Origin: a bacterium
GTDB taxonomy: Bacteria; Electryoneota; Electryoneia; Electryoneales; Electryoneaceae
Length of the DNA stretch: 64,000 nt
Assembly (NCBI GenBank): GCA_963669175.1
Contig: OY769902.1
Span: forward strand, 384,001-448,000
Direction of reading: 5' to 3'
Both the position numbers and the translations under genes were made by a program. A model generated the notes under the pieces. The model saw nothing but the letters and a program-made list of their open reading frames with translations, was not told where the DNA came from and did not search any database. Position 1 is the stretch's first letter; each line of letters opens with the position of its first letter. Below, piece after piece: positions 22,416 to 32,878 of the stretch.

Positions 22416-25186
22416 CCCTGTGAAGGCGCATCCGTCTGGGGCAGGTCATGTATCATTTCAAGCAGAATATTGGGACGATATGGCTTTTCCAGGAATTGAA
22501 CATGAGGCAGGTTGGCATAGTACATCTTTACTTCATCTACGGATAGGCCAGTTGTGATTATAACTGGTGTATCCGTCTGATTGCGTATCAATTCAACAGT
22601 CTGGTTCTCTCCCAGCAGTTTTTCATCGGTCAGGTCCACCAGTACCAGTCCGTATTTTGATTTATCCACGACCATCATTTCCAGAGCTTTTTCACAGGAA
22701 TCTACATCTACGACTGAATACCCGGCTTTGACCAGGATTCTTTTTGCCAGGGTTCGCATGGAATTATCTTTATCGACAACAAGAATTCGCATCGCTGTTG
22801 CAGCATCATCTTTACGCTGTAGCGATTTTTCCTGGTTGACAATTCCTGAAGATGGCAGGAATACCGTAAACCTGCTTCCTTTCCCCGGCTTGCTTGAAAC
22901 CTTTATTGCCCCATTATGCCCTTTCACGATGCCCAGCGTAGCTGCCAGACCAAGCCCTCTGCCGGTAAATTTGGTAGAGAAGAAAGGATCATACATTTTT
23001 GTAACGATATCTGCATTCATACCTACACCAGAATCGTCAATTTCGATGAACAGGTAATTTCCTTCCACGCAGTCTTTCCCCACAGTTAAACCATAGAAGA
23101 ATGATCTCGCACAGTAAAGCATGCCGGTTGTGATGGATATCGTTCCTTCCCGGTTTTCCAGCGCCTCGGAAGCGTTAATCAGCAGGTTCATTACCACCTG
23201 GCGAATCTGCCCGGTATCGCCTTTGACCATTTCCAACAAATCAGGCAGCATGAATTTCAACCTTGCCTTCGGCGAGATAAGGGTCCGAATCATATCTTCC
23301 ATTTCATGCACCAACCCCGACACATCGAAGAATTCCACAATAAACTTGCCGTGCCCGGAATATGCCAGCATCTGCCTGGTCAACTCCGCAGCGCGTTCTG
23401 CGGCAGTTTCAATTTGTTCCACGGCTGATCTTGCCGGATGATCAACCGGCAAATCCATCAACGCAAGCCCTGCATTACCTAATACACCTGCCAACAGGTT
23501 ATTAAAATCGTGGGCAACTCCGCCTGCAAGCAGGGATAAGCTTTCGAGTCTTTGCGCTTCACGGAATTTTGCTTCAAGCTGTAACCGTTGCTCTTCCGCC
23601 TTTTTTCGTTCAGTGATATCCCTTCCCCGCATAGCCAGACGAGTTACATTGCCCTCTTTATCCAGAATGGGATAAACCATGGTTTCAAACCATGCCTTTT
23701 CATGTGGATTTTCAGCTATCACAGGTTTTTTAGTCCGGTAGGCCATCGCAACATTCTTTTTACGCGGAGCAGCCACATTATCAGGCATGATATCCCACAG
23801 GCATTCTCCGATAGCCTTTTGCCTGGACATTTCCATCAAGTGGGAAGAAGGTTCATTCATATCCAGAATTGTCCCATCTTCATTGATCAATGTGATGACA
23901 TCAGAGGTGGCATTCAGCAATACTCTTGCTGTGGCCTCGCTTTCTTTAAGAGCATGCTCTGCCTTTTTTCTGGCCGTAATATCAACGATCACTCCCAGCG
24001 CCAGTTCAGGTTGCCCTGTAGCATTTGATATTGCCGTGTCGGTTAAATCAACCCACAGAATTGATCCGTCTTTATGGATATAGCGTTTCTCTATTCTTGC
24101 TGTTTCGGTTTCTCCTGTAGCGAGGGTGTTCAACAGTTTCCGTGTCTTTTGTATATCATCGGGATGTGTTACATCGGTGATCTTCATGCCAACAAGTTCT
24201 TCGCTGCTACGTCCAAGCATTTGCACAAGAGCGGTATTCACATCCTTGTATTGTCCAGCCATATTGATCAGGTGCATGCCTGCTGCCGACGTTCTGAACA
24301 TGGCACGATGCCTGGCTTCACTCTCACGCAGCACATCCTCAACATGCCTGCGAAAAGTCACATCCAGCGCCATGGTAAGAAAAGCGGGTTGATCATTGTA
24401 TTCTATAATTCGGGAATACACACTAACCATCATTTCTTTGCCGCATTTGGTCTTCATCGGTAAATCCATGCCTTCTACAGACCCGCCTGCCTGAATGGCT
24501 ATGCGCACTTTGTTACGGTCTTCTTCGTTGAGCAGGATATCATTCAAGTGGAGAGAAAAAATGTCATCTTCAGTATACCCCAACTGGTCCAGTCCAGTAG
24601 AATTCATCAGGAGAACTTTGCCCTGAACATCGCTGATGGTGATGGCAACCGGGGCATTTTCTATGATGCTGTTCGAAAGGTGAGTGGATTGACGCTCCCT
24701 GCTGCGCGCCTCAATGAGATCAGAAACATCTATCCATTGACTGATATAGTAGGCAGCTTCCTGGCTATCATCCCTGACGATATGTGTCCGGTTCGTAACC
24801 CAGGCAAATGTCCCGTCAATGCGTTTTATCTTGATAGGAGGCTGCTCAAATAATCGTTCCCCTCTCGAAGTAAAATCACGGACTTCTGCTATAAACATTT
24901 CCAGCTCTTCCTGGTCGAACAAGTCCGTGAGACGAATTTCGCCGGAAGTAATCTGGCTGGCATGATAGCCAATCAAATGGTAGATATTTCTGGAAACAAA
25001 AGTCGGCGGAAGTTCTCGCTTGTTTGCCCAACGGATGAAGACAACTTTGCCCGCAAGGAAAACATCAACAATTTCACGTATTTCTTCCTGACTAAGCGCT
25101 TTTATCCCATCAAGGGCATTCTCGTCACTGGAAGGTTCCGTGTCTTTTCCTGAATCATGGGAATGCTTGGCTGAGGAAGATTCCAT
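22412..25186 (-). CDS. Multi-PAS hybrid sensor histidine kinase, paralogue of 9972-13070
   Basis: About 4 PAS/PAC units, [41 protein letters not shown], atypical receiver [14 protein letters not shown]; RBS GGAGG. Confidence 0.92.
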   Translation of the reverse strand: MESSSAKHSHDSGKDTEPSSDENALDGIKALSQEEIREIVDVFLAGKVVFIRWANKRELPPTFVSRNIYHLIGYHASQITSGEIRLTDLFDQEELEMFIAEVRDFTSRGERLFEQPPIKIKRIDGTFAWVTNRTHIVRDDSQEAAYYISQWIDVSDLIEARSRERQSTHLSNSIIENAPVAITISDVQGKVLLMNSTGLDQLGYTEDDIFSLHLNDILLNEEDRNKVRIAIQAGGSVEGMDLPMKTKCGKEMMVSVYSRIIEYNDQPAFLTMALDVTFRRHVEDVLRESEARHRAMFRTSAAGMHLINMAGQYKDVNTALVQMLGRSSEELVGMKITDVTHPDDIQKTRKLLNTLATGETETARIEKRYIHKDGSILWVDLTDTAISNATGQPELALGVIVDITARKKAEHALKESEATARVLLNATSDVITLINEDGTILDMNEPSSHLMEMSRQKAIGECLWDIMPDNVAAPRKKNVAMAYRTKKPVIAENPHEKAWFETMVYPILDKEGNVTRLAMRGRDITERKKAEEQRLQLEAKFREAQRLESLSLLAGGVAHDFNNLLAGVLGNAGLALMDLPVDHPARSAVEQIETAAERAAELTRQMLAYSGHGKFIVEFFDVSGLVHEMEDMIRTLISPKARLKFMLPDLLEMVKGDTGQIRQVVMNLLINASEALENREGTISITTGMLYCARSFFYGLTVGKDCVEGNYLFIEIDDSGVGMNADIVTKMYDPFFSTKFTGRGLGLAATLGIVKGHNGAIKVSSKPGKGSRFTVFLPSSGIVNQEKSLQRKDDAATAMRILVVDKDNSMRTLAKRILVKAGYSVVDVDSCEKALEMMVVDKSKYGLVLVDLTDEKLLGENQTVELIRNQTDTPVIITTGLSVDEVKMYYANLPHVQFLEKPYRPNILLEMIHDLPQTDAPSQG

Positions 25187-25402
25187 TTGCCTCCACCTGT
25201 ATGGCTATACATAATGGTCGTCTGCTGGCAAATCGAGAAGAATCGCTGGTTTATAAGTGTAGTATTTACTCCTGCTTTTTCCAAGCAACAAAGGAATATC
25301 CTGACTGGAGACGAGCACGAGGCGAACGATTTACAGCTTGGTACACGTTGATTGCTTTCAACATTCAATTGACTGACTTTGCCCCTTGTCGTACTTTTCG
25401 AT

Positions 25403-26212
25403 ATGCGAATGACTACATACATAGCGGTTGTTCTGGCGTTTCTGGCCATCAACCTGCCCGTCGTTGCTCAAACCCTGTTTGATGCAGCAACCGGCGACCA
25501 GTTGATCATCGCACGTTCGTTGCTGGAAGCGGGTGTTGACCCCAATTGTCTGAATGAAATGGGCGAAACACCTCTGTTCGCCGCAGCACGCAATAACTCC
25601 CCAAAAGTCACCGTTCTGCTGATCAAATCAGGGGGGAAGGTTTCCTGTACGGATCGGTTTGGCAATACTCCGCTGCATGTGGCTGCTGAACATAACTCGC
25701 TTCATGTTGCCAAATTGCTGGTTAAACATGGCGCAGATGTCTCTCTTGCCAATCATCGGGGCATAACCGCTCTCGATATAGCGCAGGGTACGCATAGCGG
25801 TCAACGAGGAGCCGCGTTGGAGATTTTCCTGCTGGACCATATGCCGGCCAAGACTGCGACCCAAAAACCGGAAGAGGATAAAAAGGAAGCGAAAAAACCG
25901 GAGAGAAAATCAACGGTCACACCTGATTCAACATCAGCGAAACCGTCCCATTCGACAACAACCACAAAGCCAGCAAAAACGTCTGCAACACCGTCTGATT
26001 CCACATCGGCCGCAGCACCCGATGCAGCAACTTCCCAAACACCAGATTCAACATCTGCCACATCGCCTGATACGACTTCTATCACCACACCCGATACGAT
26101 ATCAACAGTGATTCCCGATTCAACGATGGCGCCTCTTCCTGATACAACTTCTACGCAAGCTCCCGATTCGACAGCAACTGTCAAAACCGATTCAACCACT
26201 TCCGGCACCTAG
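25403..26212 (+). CDS. Secreted ankyrin-repeat protein with a Pro/Asp/Ser/Thr-rich tail
   Basis: Signal peptide (MTTYIAVVLAFLAINLPVVA), ankyrin motifs GETPLFAAA, GNTPLHVAA, GITALDIA, then about ten PD(S/T)T-like octapeptide units. Confidence 0.85.
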   Translation: MRMTTYIAVVLAFLAINLPVVAQTLFDAATGDQLIIARSLLEAGVDPNCLNEMGETPLFAAARNNSPKVTVLLIKSGGKVSCTDRFGNTPLHVAAEHNSLHVAKLLVKHGADVSLANHRGITALDIAQGTHSGQRGAALEIFLLDHMPAKTATQKPEEDKKEAKKPERKSTVTPDSTSAKPSHSTTTTKPAKTSATPSDSTSAAAPDAATSQTPDSTSATSPDTTSITTPDTISTVIPDSTMAPLPDTTSTQAPDSTATVKTDSTTSGT

Positions 26213-26233
26213 AAAACCGTGTAAAAAAACAGG

Positions 26234-26339
26234 CTAACCCGGATATTTCACCAGTGCAATTTCAGATGTGGTATTTGATGGAATGACTAGCCCGAATATT
26301 TCACCAATGCAATTTCAAATATGGTATTTGATGGAAAGG
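26234..26339. repeat. 53-bp imperfect tandem duplication
   Basis: CTAACCCGGATATTTCACCAGTGCAATTTCAGATGTGGTATTTGATGGAATGA followed by CTAGCCCGAATATTTCACCAATGCAATTTCAAATATGGTATTTGATGGAAAGG. Confidence 0.9.
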
Positions 26340-26347
26340 CCAGTACA

Positions 26348-26598
26348 AGAACCACGGCAGTGGTTCCCTGAATTAGCCCACCGTCCAGCGCCGTCTGTTT
26401 GGCGCTCACGGTGGGAATAGGGTGTACGCTACTTGCCAACCCCGGCAGCGGGTTGCCTAGACATTATCGCCGTATACTTGTGATTATTATCAGGTTACTC
26501 CTTCCGGAGTAAATATGTAGTGCGCATTATCTCCCAGGGTAGCCGCCAAACTGACGGCGGCAGCCCTGGGCTAATACAGGTTGCCCCTGCCGGGGCGA
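26348..26598. mobile_element. About 250-bp non-coding element with structurally conserved inverted multi-hairpin ends (PATE/MITE-like)
   Basis: Left end matches the 19536 copy. The reverse complement of the right end (26532-26596) keeps loops CGGCAG and GTCWGTTT and linker CCTGWATTAGCCCA but has different, still-pairing stems. Confidence 0.7.
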
Positions 26599-26761
26599 TT
26601 GCCGATACTCAGCCTCAGTTGGCCAGCGAAACAGGGAATAGACACGCAAAGGGATATCGGAGCAAACTGTATCCTGAAAAATGCTGTGTAAATCAGTTGT
26701 GTTGTGCTGATATAAACTGTGTTAAGATGATTATTCATGTTTCGTTCATGAAATATTCAGG

Positions 26762-27682
26762 CTAAATCCCTATCCATTCCATTTCTAGCTGATCCTTCGG
26801 CAGATCCCCGATCATCAGCGCCAGGTCTCCTCCCCCGGCCCCGGTCGGTTTCGCACGACCGCCATGTTTTCGCGCCCACTCTTCAAGCTCAAAATGTGTA
26901 TCTGTCTTATATGGGATGCCCGCTTCGACTGCACAGTGGGTCATCAGGCTGTCAAAACGGTCAAGCGCGGCAAATAACTCTTCCTGAGAACTCCTGTACC
27001 ATAATGGCGCCAAAGTGTTAGCCGAATCCATCCATTCCTGAAACAGTTTATCCCTATTCTCACTGGCTTCCCTGATCCAGGCTTGAAACGGCTTCACCAG
27101 TTCTCTCGTGTTTGCCGGTTGTCCGGTCCAGACCAGCCACATTTGCGTCTGCTGTTCTTGTGGCGCCTGGAAAGGCGTGAGGAGGTATTTTCCCGGCCCG
27201 AAGAAACGGTACTCGATAGGTCCGGCAGATGCGCAGGCAGCCACATCTGCACCGCTGCCAAGTCCACCCTGCGCTTCCCAATGTGCTGTCATGGCATAAC
27301 CAAGGATTGCGCTTCGATTCCGTTCAACATCCAGCCCCGCACGTTTGAACCGTAGCGTCACCACCCCCACAGCTTCCGCTGCCGAAGATCCCAGTCCCAG
27401 TTTTTTAAGATTCCCTTCTGCATCCTTTGCCTGGAATTCGCAGCGATCAATGGCAACATGTGGAATACCAAACTGAGGTTCGTATCCGGAAAGTTCCTGG
27501 ATCGGAATGGTACGCGCCAGTTCAACAGGCGGCGGATAGGCGAATTCTGGCGGGTCGGTTGTTTCCGTAACGTGTAAATAGCGCTGTACCCGGGTCAGGA
27601 CAGAGGTTGCCCCATAGAGCACCGCATACTCGCCGGAGAGCATGACTTTGCCGGGAATGGATACGGAACAGGGAGAATTCAC
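26762..27682 (-). CDS. mvaK2: Phosphomevalonate kinase (GHMP family)
   Basis: IPGKVMLSGEYAVL, KLGLGSSAA, GSGADVAA, KPTGAGGGD; last gene of the mevalonate operon. Confidence 0.8.
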   Translation of the reverse strand: MNSPCSVSIPGKVMLSGEYAVLYGATSVLTRVQRYLHVTETTDPPEFAYPPPVELARTIPIQELSGYEPQFGIPHVAIDRCEFQAKDAEGNLKKLGLGSSAAEAVGVVTLRFKRAGLDVERNRSAILGYAMTAHWEAQGGLGSGADVAACASAGPIEYRFFGPGKYLLTPFQAPQEQQTQMWLVWTGQPANTRELVKPFQAWIREASENRDKLFQEWMDSANTLAPLWYRSSQEELFAALDRFDSLMTHCAVEAGIPYKTDTHFELEEWARKHGGRAKPTGAGGGDLALMIGDLPKDQLEMEWIGI

Positions 27683-28644
27683 TTCACAATCTCCGCACCA
27701 CCGGCCGGTTTCCCGATGAATACAGTCTCTACTCCGGCAATTGCACGTGTACGTTCTGCTACAGCATCAAGGTCTTTCAGCCTGCATAACAGGGCGACAT
27801 GAGGACCGGCGTCGATTGTGGCGTATGCTTCAAGCCCATCTGCCCGCCACTCCCGTACCGCATGCAGAAGGTCAACCGTAGTCCCGGTCCAGTAAACCAG
27901 GGCGGGACGAGTGGCGATCATGCAGGCATGCATGGCGGTTGCGCTTGCTTCGGTCAGCTCCCCGATCCGGGTGAAATCCATAGCGGACACGGCTTCAAGC
28001 ATATCCTTATAGTCGTGTTTTGTCCGGCTTACCCAAGCAGCATAGTATGGCGAGGTCGAACGCGAACGCTGCATCCCCTCGGTGGATCCAACCTTCTTCT
28101 GCGCTGCTTTTACCACCGCCACTGCCATACCCCAGGGCACTTTTTCGGCAGGAAGCAGAATACGAGCGCCAGGATCATTTGTTGGGGGGAGCGCCGCCAA
28201 TCCGCCGGGAATGGAACGAGCCGCCGAACCGCTGCCGCGCCGTGCCAGTTTCGACAGCAGGGAACGCCGGATCGGTTTTTCCGACACACCAGCCATTGCC
28301 TGGGTCAACGCTGCAAATCCGGACGCGCTGGACGCCAGCCCGGCCCCGGTCGGGAATACATTCCGGCTATGAACCTCAAAAGTGCCCTTTAACAACCCCT
28401 GCCCACGCCACAGATCCAGGAATCGCTTCAACCGGGCTGCGGTTTTGCTGTCTGTCTCGGCATCGTTGAGATAAAAACGGTCATCCCCCTCAGGAAGAGG
28501 AATGACCGTTGTTTCTGTCTTCAACGCATCCAGCGCCAATGAGATGGAAGGAGTAGCCGGGACATTGCCGGGCAGGTCGCGTTTTCCCCAATATTTGATC
28601 AGGGCGATATTTGCGAATGCCCGTGCGGTGATCCCATCACTCAC
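27679..28644 (-). CDS. mvaD: Diphosphomevalonate decarboxylase
   Basis: ANIALIKYWGK, PTGAGLASSASGFAAL, ARRGSGSAARS, KKVGSTEGM, TIDAGPHV. Confidence 0.95.
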   Translation of the reverse strand: MSDGITARAFANIALIKYWGKRDLPGNVPATPSISLALDALKTETTVIPLPEGDDRFYLNDAETDSKTAARLKRFLDLWRGQGLLKGTFEVHSRNVFPTGAGLASSASGFAALTQAMAGVSEKPIRRSLLSKLARRGSGSAARSIPGGLAALPPTNDPGARILLPAEKVPWGMAVAVVKAAQKKVGSTEGMQRSRSTSPYYAAWVSRTKHDYKDMLEAVSAMDFTRIGELTEASATAMHACMIATRPALVYWTGTTVDLLHAVREWRADGLEAYATIDAGPHVALLCRLKDLDAVAERTRAIAGVETVFIGKPAGGAEIVK

Positions 28645-30947
28645 ACCGACGCTCCCAGGGTAAAGGGCAATGCCTTGGCGAACTTATGCTGGAGTTCATG
28701 CACCAGCTCCATCTGCCGTTCCGCTTCCACCAGCGCTATCACCGCGCCGCCACCACCACTTCCGGTCAGCTTCGCGCCAAGCACACCATAGTCGAGCAGC
28801 GTTTCCACCGCCTTATCCAGCTTCTCCGTGGAAACTCCAAGCTTGGCCAGGAGTTCATGGTTACGGAACATCAGGCGTCCTACTTCCTGCTCATCACCCA
28901 AACCAAGCGCGATACCGGCATCAGTTGTCAGGTTGCCGATCTCTTCCATGATGCCGTCAACCCGTTTCGGATTCAGGTCACGACTCCGGGAAACTTTGCG
29001 AACCAGCTCGATCGTACGTGCGCCCGGTTCCACCATTACAACGACGCCATACATGGTTTTGGGCAGACGGATGGGCAGAATTTCACGGGGCGGCCCCTTA
29101 CGGAACCACATGACACCTTCGGAAAGCACCGTCGCGGCATCCATACCACTGGGATGACCATGGAAGATCGCTTCAAGGCGCTGAACATCTTCAAAGATCT
29201 TGCCACGCCAGTGCCAATTGTCATCCAGTCCCTTGAAACGTCGCAACGCAGTACACAGGGCTACGGAAAACGCTGCGGATGAACCAAGCCCCATGCCCGG
29301 GACCAGGTCAGATTCGATCTGGATTGCGATGGGCGCATGATGCAGATCATACAACGTAAGCGCTTCGGTTACCGCCTGTGAGAACATCCGCAAATCCTGG
29401 TCGGACTTGGGGACGGAAAATGCCTGCTTGAATTTCGGATTCAGGAAACGTGGACCATCCGAGTCCGCATTGAGACGGATGGACAGGTTCACGTCGATGG
29501 ATGCTGTAATGCCCGGATAATTGTAAACTGTGGAGTGTTCTCCAAACAGGACAACTTTGCCCGGCGCAGAGATCTCAATGGGTAAACCATTGTCGTCAGG
29601 AGCCTGCTTTGGTGTTTTCTGCATGGTACGGTAAATCTCCTCAGCCATGGCTACCTTGACCTCACCACAACGAATCATTTCGTTGGCGACTTCTTCCACG
29701 TCTTCCGGGGGAACACCGACACTGATTGCCACACTGCGGGCATGTAGCGCCATGTGCCCCTTCTGGATACCAACCGTACTTAATGCAAGGCAGGCTGCGA
29801 AATTCTGGCCCAAGCCGACAGACGCCAGCAAACCAGCCAGTTCTTTCGCATTTTCAACACCGCTGATTTTGCGTAGAATCTTAACACCTGGATGGGTATT
29901 GACCGCACCACCAACCCAGCCAACCTGCATGGGAAGTTTGATCTCCCCGACAAAATCGCTGCCTTCGATCCGGTATGAAGTCAGGCTGCGATATTGACCA
30001 TCACGCGCAGCGTAGGCATGTCCACCGGCTTCAATGGCCCGCCAGTCCTGTCCTAGCGCTACAGCAGCCGCACCGATTCCGTTGAAGATGCCTTTATTGT
30101 GAGTCGTTGCACGGTAAGGATCAACATGTGCCAGTATCCCGGCTTCCACCAACCGCTTGCCAACCTCTTCGCCACTCATGGTCTCTGTAGCAAGGCTGGT
30201 CAACGGCATCCGGAAACGTGCGCGAGCAAGTCTACGGTCCGCAAGGTTGGAAAGAATACGCAGGTTGACACGTCCGCCGGTAAGATCGCCGATTTTCGGT
30301 CCGGCCGCTTCACAGGCGGCGTTGATCGCGTTGGCGCCCATTGCTTCCAGCACGTTGATCAGCAGGTGTACCATCAGGAAACGCCCGATACCCTCACCCC
30401 CATCGAGGATTCGCGTTTCAATGTTAAACACCCCGCCGCCGCGCGCTATCATACGAGGACCGGCAAGATTCGCCTGATTGATAATTTCCTGCTTGTGATC
30501 GTTAATTTGCGCCGCTGCCGCTTCAGGATCTGCAAGATCCATCACCTGGATCTGGCCGATCATCACCGGATCATCTACTTCCGCTTCGAAGCCACCGGTG
30601 CCGCGTATCATCAAAGCAGCTTTCGAGGCCGCCGCGATAATGGATGCTTCTTCAATGGCCATGGGCACCAGGTAATCGCGACCATTAACCTGGAAATTCA
30701 ATCCCAGCCCCAATGGTTGGCCCAGCACACCCACCGAATTTTCGACCATATTGACCGCATGCTCAATACGTAGAGCATTGCCATCACGCAACTGCGCTAA
30801 TTGCCGTTCACTCAAATTGAAATTTTTTGCCAGCAAAGCGAGACGTCGCTCCACCGTCAACCGGTAGAATCCCGGAATACGGGAGGTCTTCGGTTCACGC
30901 CCGGTCCGGACAATCGACCGGGCCTTTGAAGGCTTTGGTTCGCTCAC
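28641..30947 (-). CDS. mvaA: Class II HMG-CoA reductase fused to mevalonate kinase
   Basis: N-terminal half MVENSVG, EEASIIAA, EAMGAN, RILSNL, THNKG, GIQKGHMALH; C-terminal half SAPGKVVLFGEHS, PGMGLGSSAA, PSGMD, KLTGSGGGG. GTG start at 30947 overlaps the fni stop. Confidence 0.92.
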   Translation of the reverse strand: MSEPKPSKARSIVRTGREPKTSRIPGFYRLTVERRLALLAKNFNLSERQLAQLRDGNALRIEHAVNMVENSVGVLGQPLGLGLNFQVNGRDYLVPMAIEEASIIAAASKAALMIRGTGGFEAEVDDPVMIGQIQVMDLADPEAAAAQINDHKQEIINQANLAGPRMIARGGGVFNIETRILDGGEGIGRFLMVHLLINVLEAMGANAINAACEAAGPKIGDLTGGRVNLRILSNLADRRLARARFRMPLTSLATETMSGEEVGKRLVEAGILAHVDPYRATTHNKGIFNGIGAAAVALGQDWRAIEAGGHAYAARDGQYRSLTSYRIEGSDFVGEIKLPMQVGWVGGAVNTHPGVKILRKISGVENAKELAGLLASVGLGQNFAACLALSTVGIQKGHMALHARSVAISVGVPPEDVEEVANEMIRCGEVKVAMAEEIYRTMQKTPKQAPDDNGLPIEISAPGKVVLFGEHSTVYNYPGITASIDVNLSIRLNADSDGPRFLNPKFKQAFSVPKSDQDLRMFSQAVTEALTLYDLHHAPIAIQIESDLVPGMGLGSSAAFSVALCTALRRFKGLDDNWHWRGKIFEDVQRLEAIFHGHPSGMDAATVLSEGVMWFRKGPPREILPIRLPKTMYGVVVMVEPGARTIELVRKVSRSRDLNPKRVDGIMEEIGNLTTDAGIALGLGDEQEVGRLMFRNHELLAKLGVSTEKLDKAVETLLDYGVLGAKLTGSGGGGAVIALVEAERQMELVHELQHKFAKALPFTLGASV

Positions 30948-32032
30948 GAAAGTTCCTTTGTATCCCAACCGTACGCTGCCAACCAGGTGTTCTTCAGCTC
31001 ACCCGATATCACTTTCGGGGCGTTACGCAGGTCTTCGACCGTACGCGACCCCGAAAGGAACATGGCAGCTCGCAGTTCTGCTTCAATACCCTGCAACCAG
31101 ACCGAAACCTGTTCGGCCCCTTTGTCCAGGTACTGCAACAGCACCGGACGGGCAAACCCGGCCAGGTTCGCGCCCAATGCGATGCTACGTGCTACATCCA
31201 ACCCGTCACGGATGCCTCCGGCGGAGATGACCGTGGCGTCATCACCCAGCACTTTACGTGCCGCGACAACGCAGAAAGCCGTTGGGAGCCCCCAGTCGCC
31301 AAAAAGCTCACCAAGCCCCTGATGCTCAAGCATACTCGCCCGGTGACGCTCGACCTTGGTCCAGGAGGTTCCCCCCGCGCCGGATACATCAACATAAGGT
31401 ACGCCAGCGGACTTCAGCTTCTCAAGTGTTTCAACGGAAAGTCCGGCGCCGGTTTCCTTTACCAGTACCTTACCATCCAGCCGATCCACCAAGCGCGCAA
31501 TCTGATCCACGACTCCGGCAAACGTCTGCTGCCCTTCGTCACCCTGGATCAGTTCCTGTGCGGCATTCAAGTGCACACACATGCCATCAGCCTCTATCCG
31601 CTTCTGAAGCTCAACGATTTCATCAATCGAGTATTCTACCAGTTGCACCCCCCCGATGTTCCCCAGGAGAACCGCATCCGGCATATCACTTCTCACCAGG
31701 AAATCCTGGTAGAGATGAGGGTGACTCAGCATCACCCGTTGACTGCCAACTGAAAAAGGAATCTTATGTAAATTTGCCACTTCCGCCAAGCTGCGATTCA
31801 ACCGCTTGGCATACTTGGCGCCCCCGGTCATACTGGTGATCATCAATGGAGCAGCAATCTTCTTTCCGAAGAATGTTGAACTCATATCGATGTCATTCAG
31901 GTTGACTTCCGGCAGAGCCTGATGAAGCAGACGCACATCCGAGAGGAGAGTCCCCCCGGAGTGTTCTACATCCATCTGCGCAACAATGCGAAGATGATCC
32001 CCTTTGCGTCGTACAATCTGGTTGTCCAGCAT
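30944..32032 (-). CDS. fni: Type 2 isopentenyl-diphosphate delta-isomerase (FMN-dependent)
   Basis: RKGDHL, LHQALPE, ITSMTGG, VGSQR, NIGGVQL, HLNAAQE, VKETGAG, DVSGAGGTSW, GGIRDG. Confidence 0.95.
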   Translation of the reverse strand: MLDNQIVRRKGDHLRIVAQMDVEHSGGTLLSDVRLLHQALPEVNLNDIDMSSTFFGKKIAAPLMITSMTGGAKYAKRLNRSLAEVANLHKIPFSVGSQRVMLSHPHLYQDFLVRSDMPDAVLLGNIGGVQLVEYSIDEIVELQKRIEADGMCVHLNAAQELIQGDEGQQTFAGVVDQIARLVDRLDGKVLVKETGAGLSVETLEKLKSAGVPYVDVSGAGGTSWTKVERHRASMLEHQGLGELFGDWGLPTAFCVVAARKVLGDDATVISAGGIRDGLDVARSIALGANLAGFARPVLLQYLDKGAEQVSVWLQGIEAELRAAMFLSGSRTVEDLRNAPKVISGELKNTWLAAYGWDTKELS

Positions 32033-32277
32033 TGTACTTCCTGCCTGTTTTTGCTTTTGTTACGTTCTGCAAATGAAAAAACGTCCGAAATAGAAATGTA
32101 GGGCTGTTCAATTCATAACGTCAAGCTCCCAACAGCCTGTCTGCTCGCTGCCTAATATGTTCAAAAATAACAGTTCAACATACGAATGCTGCCATCCGAG
32201 AAACCTTGATTCTCATCACTTGGGGACTATACAGGCTCGTGCGTATACTGTAGCTACCAATTGACCGGGAGTGAGTC

Positions 32278-32826
32278 ATGCCGTCAGAACCATCAGCAGC
32301 AGAACAGGGTTACGTCCAGATTTACACCGGAAACGGAAAGGGCAAATCCACAGCGGCCTATGGACTTGCCTTACGTGCTGCCGGAGCGGGAAAACACACT
32401 CTGCTGATCCAATTGATGAAAAGCACCTTTTCTTACAGTGAACTGGAGAGTCTCAAGCTACTCGATAAGTGGATCACTGTCGAACGGTATGGAGACGACG
32501 ATTTTGTATTAGAAAAGCGTAAGCCAACTGAAGCGGAGAAGCAACCGGGAAAAGACGCCCTCAATCGTGCTGTTGCAGCTCTGAAAAGCCACACCTTCGA
32601 CCTGGTGATCCTGGATGAAGCCTGTGTCGCAGCGCATTTTGGATTTTTTGAGGAAGCGGATATGGAGCCTGTATTCCATGCGCGACCCGGCGATGTTGAG
32701 CTTGTGCTGACCGGACGTTACTGCCCGGAAAGCTGGCTCTCGCGTGCGGACCTCGTCACAGAAATGACCGAAGTGAAACACTACTATACCCGGGGAGTAT
32801 TATCCAGGAAAGGTTTTGATTCCTGA
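32278..32826 (+). CDS. cobO: Cob(I)alamin adenosyltransferase (CobO/BtuR family)
   Basis: QIYTGNGKGKSTAAYGLALRAAG, DLVILDE, ELVLTGR, ADLVTEM..KHYY..G..RKG. Confidence 0.9.
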   Translation: MPSEPSAAEQGYVQIYTGNGKGKSTAAYGLALRAAGAGKHTLLIQLMKSTFSYSELESLKLLDKWITVERYGDDDFVLEKRKPTEAEKQPGKDALNRAVAALKSHTFDLVILDEACVAAHFGFFEEADMEPVFHARPGDVELVLTGRYCPESWLSRADLVTEMTEVKHYYTRGVLSRKGFDS

Positions 32827-32878
32827 TATTGCGAAAAAAAACTACAGCCCATAAAGAACCTTTAAGCTGGGGGAAAAC

